From assembly GCA_040755155.1 (NCBI GenBank), contig JBFMBP010000143.1, positions 35,309-99,308 on the forward strand: a stretch of DNA of 64,000 nucleotides, in the 5' to 3' direction. The notes under the pieces are model-generated. The model was given only the letters and a program-made list of their open reading frames with translations, was not told the origin of the DNA and made no database searches. The stretch's first letter is position 1. Each line of letters starts with the position of its first letter. Positions 57,903 through 64,000 of the stretch are shown here, piece by piece. Source of the DNA: Candidatus Omnitrophota bacterium (GTDB lineage Bacteria; Hinthialibacterota; Hinthialibacteria; Hinthialibacterales; Hinthialibacteraceae). A program made the position numbers and the translations under genes.

Positions 57903-59453
57903 ATGACGACGGAAACCAAAACGTTATCATGGACCAATTTCGTTCGGGAAAATGCGTTCTTGCTTGGCCTGGCTTTGATAAAATTATTCGTCCATTTCGC
58001 CGTCAACGCCCGCGACAGCGTCTTTCGCGATGAACTGTATTATATCGCCTGCGGCAAGCATCTGGCGTTCGGCTATGTCGATCATCCTCCCTTCGTCGCC
58101 TTGATGGCGGCGTTGTCTCGATGGTTTTTGGGCGATTCGATTTTCGCCTTGCGTCTATCCTCCGCCATCGCAGGAGCCGCGATGGTTTTTATTACTGGCC
58201 TATTGGCGCGAGAAATGGGCGGCAAACGCTTCGCGCAGAATCTCGCCGCTCTCTGCGCGCTGTTGGCGCCCATTTATTTGGGGATCGATAGTTTTTTTTC
58301 CATGAACGCCTTCGATCAATTGTTCTGGCTGCTAGGCGCGTATCTTCTGGTTTTATTGATTAAGCGGGAATCCCGTGGATTATGGGTGACGTTTGGCGTC
58401 GTCATGGGTTTAGGTTTGATGAACAAAATTTCCCTATTGTTTTTTGGATTCGGCTTGTCGATCGGCATTCTCTTGACGCCCAATCGGCGCTGGCTGCTTA
58501 AACCTTGGATATGGATTTCGGGAGGAATCGCGTTTCTGATTTTTATACCCCATATTTTATGGCAGATGGCCAATGGCTGGCCGACGTTGGAGTTCATTCG
58601 CAACGCCTCTCAATATAAAAACGCCTCCTTATCGCCTTGGGAATTCGTAAAAGCGCAAATCGTATTGGCGCATCCTCTTATGCTCCCGATTTGGTTAGCG
58701 GGACTCTTGCGGCTTTTTTTCCATAGAGAAGAGAAGCCGTTTCGCCTTTTAGGATGGATTTATATCGCCGCCATGATCGTATTCATTCTGAATAACGGCA
58801 AACCTTACTATTTGGCGCCAGCGTATACTTTCCTCTTTGCGGCGGGCGCCATCGTTTTCGAGAACGGTATCGATGCGCTGCGCAAGCCTTGGCTCAAACC
58901 GGTTCTCTGCGCCGTTCTGATAACAGGGGGAGCGCTTACGGCGCCGATGGCTCTGCCCATTCTTCCTTCGGACATGTTCATTCGCTACAACCAAATCCTG
59001 GGAATAGAGGCTCCACGCGAGGAAAATCATGAAATGGGCGTCTTGCCGCAATTCTTCGCCGACCGTTACGGGTGGAGGGAAATGACAGAGGCGATAGCGG
59101 AGGTCTATAATCGGCTTCCTCCCGATGAACGGCGCGAATGCGCCATTATCGCTGGAAATTATGGCCAGGCGGGAGCCATCGATTATTTCGGTCCTTCTCT
59201 CGGCTTGCCCAACGCCGTCTGCGGACATAACAATTATTTTCTATGGGGACCGGGAGATAAGAGCGGCGATATCGCCATCGTCTATGGCCATTCCCGCGAG
59301 GACTGCGAAAAATCTTTCGAAAGCGTCGAGCAGGCGGCTATATTTACACATCCCTACGTTATGCCTTACGAGAACAACAAATCAATATTTATATGCCGGA
59401 AAATCAAAAAACCTATTCAAGAACTCTGGCCGCAAATAAAGAGATATATTTAG
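57903..59453 (+). CDS. Family 39 glycosyltransferase (ArnT / dolichyl-phosphate-mannose-protein mannosyltransferase-like)
   Basis: YYIACGKHLAFGYVDHPPFVALMAALS… is the N-terminal PMT_2/ArnT motif. There are more than 10 TM helices. Confidence 0.75.
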   Translation: MTTETKTLSWTNFVRENAFLLGLALIKLFVHFAVNARDSVFRDELYYIACGKHLAFGYVDHPPFVALMAALSRWFLGDSIFALRLSSAIAGAAMVFITGLLAREMGGKRFAQNLAALCALLAPIYLGIDSFFSMNAFDQLFWLLGAYLLVLLIKRESRGLWVTFGVVMGLGLMNKISLLFFGFGLSIGILLTPNRRWLLKPWIWISGGIAFLIFIPHILWQMANGWPTLEFIRNASQYKNASLSPWEFVKAQIVLAHPLMLPIWLAGLLRLFFHREEKPFRLLGWIYIAAMIVFILNNGKPYYLAPAYTFLFAAGAIVFENGIDALRKPWLKPVLCAVLITGGALTAPMALPILPSDMFIRYNQILGIEAPREENHEMGVLPQFFADRYGWREMTEAIAEVYNRLPPDERRECAIIAGNYGQAGAIDYFGPSLGLPNAVCGHNNYFLWGPGDKSGDIAIVYGHSREDCEKSFESVEQAAIFTHPYVMPYENNKSIFICRKIKKPIQELWPQIKRYI

Positions 59454-59596
59454 TGCGACGCGATTTTTTCCTGAATATTCTAAGCCTCCTTATTCTGACA
59501 TCCAAAACGCCGCTTTGGAAAAAAAGACGGGGGGAATATGATAGATAATAACCGACTACTGCTTGATATCGATATTATCTCAAATCAAATAGATCG

Positions 59597-60337
59597 TTGC
59601 TTATGACCAATTCGAATAATACTCAATCCCCCGAAATCTCCATCGTCGTTCCCTGTTACAACGAAGAGGAAAACGTTCTTATCCTTTGGCGCTCGCTGCA
59701 TGAGGTGATGGACGCTTTGGGACGCGATTACGAGCTTCTTTTCGTCAACGACGGCAGCGCCGATGGTACGGAAGCGGTTTTAACCGGACTGAAAACGCAA
59801 GATGCGCGTATGCGCGTCATTCGCTTGAAAAAGAACTCAGGCCTTTCCTCGGCGCTTTTGGCGGGATTTCAATCGGCGCGGGGGGAGTATATCGTAACTT
59901 TAGACGCCGACTTGCAGAATGATCCGCAGGACATCCCTCAACTACTGGCCTATTTGCCGGAATACGATATGGCCTTCGGTTGGCGCAAAGACCGCAAGGA
60001 CAACATCATTCGCGTTCTTTCCACCAAGATCGCCAACGGCGTGCGCAATTATCTTACGCAAGAGAATATTCCCGATATCGCCTGCACGCTGAAAGCTTTC
60101 AAGCGTTCCTGCCTGAACTCGATCAAAATGTACAAGGGGATGCACCGCTTCTTGCCGACATTATTCCACATCGAAGGCTATAGGACGATTCAGATTCCCG
60201 TCCGCCATCATCATCGCCAATTCGGCCAGGCGAAATACGGCGTATGGAACCGCCTCTTCGTTTCCACCGCCGACTGTTTCGCCGTGCGCTGGATGATCCG
60301 GCGGCGCATCCAATTCGAGAAGGAAGAGATCGAATAA
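59597..60337 (+). CDS. GT2 polyprenyl-phosphate glycosyltransferase (ArnC / DPM1-like)
   Basis: ISIVVPCYNEEENV…LFVNDGSADGT…DADLQNDP. Confidence 0.8.
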   Translation: MLMTNSNNTQSPEISIVVPCYNEEENVLILWRSLHEVMDALGRDYELLFVNDGSADGTEAVLTGLKTQDARMRVIRLKKNSGLSSALLAGFQSARGEYIVTLDADLQNDPQDIPQLLAYLPEYDMAFGWRKDRKDNIIRVLSTKIANGVRNYLTQENIPDIACTLKAFKRSCLNSIKMYKGMHRFLPTLFHIEGYRTIQIPVRHHHRQFGQAKYGVWNRLFVSTADCFAVRWMIRRRIQFEKEEIE

Positions 60338-60342
60338 ACCCA

Positions 60343-61899
60343 ATGCTTTTAGAAATAACAAACATGAGCAAGCTGCGCCGCGGCTTTTGGATTCTTTTCT
60401 GGGCGGGTCTCGCCGCGCGGCTGTTGTATGTGACGGCGGGTTTCATCGAGTTGTCGCCGGATGAAGCCTATTACTGGCAATGGTCGCGGCGGCTGGATTG
60501 GAGTTATTACAGCAAGGGGCCGTTAGTGGCTTTTCTGATTCGCTTGGGAACGCTAATCGGCGGCGATACGGCGTTCGGCGTCCGATTACCGACAGTGATA
60601 CTATCCGCGTTGACGCTTTATTTTTCTCTGAGACTCTACGACCGGCTTTTCCCCAAGGACGATCTCGGCGTTTTTTTTATGGCCGTGTTTTACAACACGA
60701 TTCCCCTTATGTTAGTTGGCAGCATGATCGCGACCATCGATCCCCCTTTGTGCGCCGCCTGGATGGGCGGAACGCTAGCCTTGCATAAAGCGGTGAGGGG
60801 CGAGCGTTGGGGTTGGGCGGGATTGGCGTTGGCGCTAGGTTTCGGCATCGCCGCTAAGTATACCATGCTGCTCTTTCTTCCTACCATATTCTTTTATCTT
60901 TTATCTTCTTTTGAAAACTGTCTATGGATGAAGCGGCTGAAACCCTATCTCGCCATCGCATGCGGAATGACATTTCTTCTTACAGCCTTGATTTGGAACG
61001 AACAGCATCAATGGGTTACTTATCGCCATACGATGGCTTTAGGGCATATCGGCGCAGCGACCCAGTGGCCGAAAAACCTGATCAATTTTCTCGAAATGAT
61101 GGGAACGCAGGCGGGCGTCATTTCCCCCATTCTCTTCGTTTTGTTGATAATGGGCGTATGGATTCATGGAAGCAAACTATTGCACTTCTTCAGGGATGAG
61201 ACCTATGATGGATCGGCGTTGATTCTGTCTTCTTGCGCGCCCGTCTTTCTTTTTTATTTTCTGCTCTCTTTCGAGCGGCCGATCAATGCCAATTGGCTGG
61301 CGGTCGTTTATCCTCCCGCTATCCTCGCCGGGGCGCAGGTTTGTGCGGAAAAATGGCGGGAAGGGTGGGGAAGAAAGTTATTGCCAGCAGGCGCGGCGCT
61401 TGGAGCGATTCTTTGCTTTGGCCTGCTCTTCTCCGATGTCTTTCATTTTCTTAACTTGCCGCAATCGCAAAAATGGGATCCCGCCGCCCGCTTGAAAGGC
61501 TGGAAAGATTTTGCTGCTTTAGCGAAGAAGGCCGCCGACGGTTTGCCTCAAGACGTTCCCTATTTCTATTTCGGCGACCGCTATCAGACTTCCAGCGAAC
61601 TCTCTTTTTATCTTGAAGATCATCCCTGGACTCTTTGCGCTTCCAGCGTTCCGCTTTCCAATCAATACGACGTTTGGGGCGGATCCCGGCAAAAAATCGG
61701 CTGGAACGGCGTCTTCGCCATGCGCGACAAACGCGCGGAATCGTTGATCCTGCCCTGGCAAGTGGATAAAGCTTTCGCCCGCGTCGAATCCGCCGGAGAA
61801 GCCACCGTGGTACGCTATGGGAAAATCATCCGCTGCGACCGCGTCTGGCGCTGCTTCGATTTCAAAGGATGGCCGATGCAAGTGGAATTGAATCCTTGA
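60343..61899 (+). CDS. Second family 39 glycosyltransferase (ArnT-like) paralogue
   Basis: ELSPDEAYYWQWSRRLDWSYYSKGPLVAFLIRLG…; polytopic. The start may be 60343 or 60364. Confidence 0.7.
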   Translation: MLLEITNMSKLRRGFWILFWAGLAARLLYVTAGFIELSPDEAYYWQWSRRLDWSYYSKGPLVAFLIRLGTLIGGDTAFGVRLPTVILSALTLYFSLRLYDRLFPKDDLGVFFMAVFYNTIPLMLVGSMIATIDPPLCAAWMGGTLALHKAVRGERWGWAGLALALGFGIAAKYTMLLFLPTIFFYLLSSFENCLWMKRLKPYLAIACGMTFLLTALIWNEQHQWVTYRHTMALGHIGAATQWPKNLINFLEMMGTQAGVISPILFVLLIMGVWIHGSKLLHFFRDETYDGSALILSSCAPVFLFYFLLSFERPINANWLAVVYPPAILAGAQVCAEKWREGWGRKLLPAGAALGAILCFGLLFSDVFHFLNLPQSQKWDPAARLKGWKDFAALAKKAADGLPQDVPYFYFGDRYQTSSELSFYLEDHPWTLCASSVPLSNQYDVWGGSRQKIGWNGVFAMRDKRAESLILPWQVDKAFARVESAGEATVVRYGKIIRCDRVWRCFDFKGWPMQVELNP

Positions 61900-61915
61900 C
61901 GGAGAAGGAAGGCTG

Positions 61916-62587
61916 ATGGGATTGTTCAAAGCGTATTTCAATTATAAAAAGTTGGCTTTATGGGCATTTCATGGCCTGATGATTTCCATCCTTCTCTATT
62001 TCGATACCCCCATGTATCGCGGTTTTCAATCCGCCTTGCAATGGATGAATCAGCAATCGTTTATTCTTTATCATGAAATCGTCAAACTGCGCCACTGGCG
62101 TTTCTTCAATGAATTCGGCTGCGCTTGGGCGGGGATTTTGATTTGCTATTTTATTTGGGAGTATGATCGGGAAAATCGCAAAAAAATCGTCGTGCTCGCC
62201 GTTTCCGCGCTGATTTCCGTTTCGATCTATACGGTTCTCCAAGCAACCGTCGGTAAACTTCGCCCTAGCGTTACCGATGGAGTGGCAACCTACCTGCCGT
62301 TTCTTATCGGTTGGCAGTCGGATAACAGTTTGTCGTTCCCTTCGGGACATGCCACGTTTGCGTTTACGCTGGCTTCTTTTTTGGCGCTGCTTTATCCGCG
62401 CCGGAAATACTTTTTTCTGCTTATCGCCACCGCCACGGCATTGGCGCGGATCTATTTTCACGCGCATTACTTCTCCGACATATACGCAGGCGGCGTTATA
62501 GGCTTCGAAACGACAAATTTCGTCTATTTTTCTTACGAATGGATCACGGCGAAAAAAGGAATCGGCCTCAACGTTTCCGCGCCATAA
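61916..62587 (+). CDS. PAP2-family lipid phosphatase
   Basis: KLRPS…, SFPSGHAT… and HAHYFSDIYAGG are the three PAP2 motifs. Confidence 0.8.
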   Translation: MGLFKAYFNYKKLALWAFHGLMISILLYFDTPMYRGFQSALQWMNQQSFILYHEIVKLRHWRFFNEFGCAWAGILICYFIWEYDRENRKKIVVLAVSALISVSIYTVLQATVGKLRPSVTDGVATYLPFLIGWQSDNSLSFPSGHATFAFTLASFLALLYPRRKYFFLLIATATALARIYFHAHYFSDIYAGGVIGFETTNFVYFSYEWITAKKGIGLNVSAP

Positions 62588-62774
62588 CATCCAAATCGCG
62601 AGCTCTTCCAGTTTTTGCCAATAAATTCATGGATTGATAATAAAAAAGGATAAGTTATACTTTTTATTGATCTATTCGATTGATGCCTTTCTTATCGCTG
62701 GAACCATCCGCCGCCGCTTTAGAACTCATCATAAGGATAATCGCAGAACCATTCGATTTTACAAGGAGATTTTA

Positions 62775-64000
62775 TGTCCGCAACGATTTCATCGCTGCCG
62801 GGTTTTAGCGATTTGGCATTGCCCGAACCTTTGATGAAGGCCCTGAAAGATGTGGGGTACGAAACGCCTTCGCCCATCCAAGCGGCGACGATCCCGCCTC
62901 TTCTGGCAGGGAAAGACGTGCTGGGACAAGCTCAAACCGGAACCGGGAAGACCGCCGCCTTTGCGCTGCCCATCTTATCGCGCATCGATCTGAAGCGGAT
63001 GGAACCGCAAGCGCTGGTGCTTACGCCTACGCGGGAATTGGCGATTCAAGTCGCCGAGGCTTTCCAGCGCTACGCCGCTCACTTGAAAGGATTTCACGTC
63101 TTGCCCATTTACGGAGGACAGGATTTCAGCGGCCAATTGCGTCAATTGAAGCGGGGCGTCCACGCCGTAGTAGGAACGCCGGGTCGGGTGATGGACCACA
63201 TGCGCCGCGCCACGCTTAACCTCGATGCGCTGAGATGCCTGGTGCTCGACGAAGCGGACGAGATGTTGCGCATGGGATTCATCGAGGATGTGGAGTGGGT
63301 GTTGGAACAGACGCCGCCGCAACGCCAGGTGGCGCTATTTTCCGCCACCATGCCGGAGACGATCCGCCGCATCGCCAAACGTTATCTGCGAGATCCCGAA
63401 GAAGTAACCATCAAAGTGCGGACGGTTACGGCGGAAACCATTCGCCAACGCTATTGGATGGTGAGCGGACTGCATAAACTCGACGCCCTGACGCGGATTT
63501 TGGAAGCGGAATCTTTTGACGGCATGATCGTATTCGTGCGCACCAAAACGGCGACGGAAGAACTGTCGGAAAAACTGGAAGCGCGCGGCTTCGCCTCGGC
63601 GCCGCTCAACGGCGATATCCAACAGAAGCAGCGCGAACGCACGGTGGAGAGATTTAAAGCGGGAAAGCTCGATATCCTGGTCGCCACGGACGTAGCGGCG
63701 CGGGGACTTGACGTAGACCGGGTCAGCCATGTCGTCAATTACGATATCCCCAACGACGCCGAATCGTACGTCAACCGCATAGGCCGCACTGGCCGGGCGG
63801 GACGCAGCGGCGAAGCGATTCTATTCGTCGCCCCGCGCGAAAGGCAGATGCTGCACGCCATCGAAAAATCGACGAAACAGAATATCGAGATGATGGCGCT
63901 GCCCACGACGGAAATTATCAACAACAAGCGCATCGCCAACTTTAAACAACGGATCACCGATACGCTGGCCGTCAACGAGATCGGATTGTTTTATCAAATC
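62775..64000 (+). CDS. DEAD-box ATP-dependent RNA helicase (DeaD/CsdA-like), 3'-partial at the window end
   Basis: I translated it by hand from the ATG at 62775, which is preceded by AAGGAG. Q-motif, AQTGTGKT, PTRELA, GTPGRV, DEAD, SAT and ARGLD…HRIGRTGRAG motifs are all present. It runs off the 3' edge, so it is absent from the ORF track. Confidence 0.85.

Noticed and set aside
62975-63975. Several − strand ORFs (115, 131, 95, 78 aa)
   Set aside because: They are all antisense to the hand-translated DEAD-box helicase ORF, which has every helicase motif in order.

Overview
This 64-kb window is a gene-dense (about 90% coding) bacterial chromosomal segment of roughly 53% GC. I could not place the organism, and nothing in it resembles a well-studied genome. 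The dominant features are large secreted proteins with Pro/Thr-rich linkers, a prepilin-type (H-X9-DG-like) protein, a large β-helix protein, a WD40 protein next to an ECF sigma/anti-sigma pair, and tandem short secretins. These suggest an uncultivated PVC-group or candidate-phylum bacterium, but that is inference. Recognisable housekeeping genes are aldo/keto reductase, glutamate dehydrogenase, protein-L-isoaspartate O-methyltransferase, a CobB-type sirtuin, RadA with a YacL-like PIN/TRAM protein, MlaE/MlaF/MlaD-like, thioredoxin reductase, GroES/GroEL, formate-THF ligase, NrnA and a DEAD-box helicase that runs off the 3' edge. Accessory content is a VapBC toxin-antitoxin pair, the ECF sigma/anti-sigma + WD40 locus, a GntR–SPFH–ICMT-like operon, a lipid-linked glycosylation cluster (two GT39/ArnT-like genes, a GT2 ArnC-like gene and PAP2) and a cluster of secreted proteins. 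I found no rRNA, tRNA or CRISPR array. The items I would look at first are: (i) a roughly 170-bp MITE-like element with ~20-bp terminal inverted repeats and internal CACGAAAT iterons, in two copies in opposite orientation (1094–1270 and 11441–11605); (ii) a conserved 33-nt hairpin element in two copies 42 kb apart (15826–15858 and 57820–57852); (iii) an orphan outer-membrane module of a TPR lipoprotein plus two tandem paralogous short secretins, flanked by an O-antigen-ligase-like gene and a secreted six-hairpin-like protein (47147–53533), with no ATPase or platform genes nearby; (iv) an 876-aa protein that fuses a Walker-A-less RecA/KaiC-like N-terminus to a PEP-synthase-type ATP-grasp (PPDK_N) domain; (v) a 42-residue tandem repeat (G-W-Y-x-L-D-G-Y-G-G-I-H … D-I-A-R-D-L-E) that I do not recognise, shared by the WD40 giant and a 590-aa secreted protein 3 kb away; (vi) an MlaD homologue extended by a long coiled coil and a β-rich C-terminal domain; (vii) a nested palindromic inverted-repeat element in a divergent promoter (35170–35290). 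Every family assignment comes from motif recognition by eye; I ran no searches.
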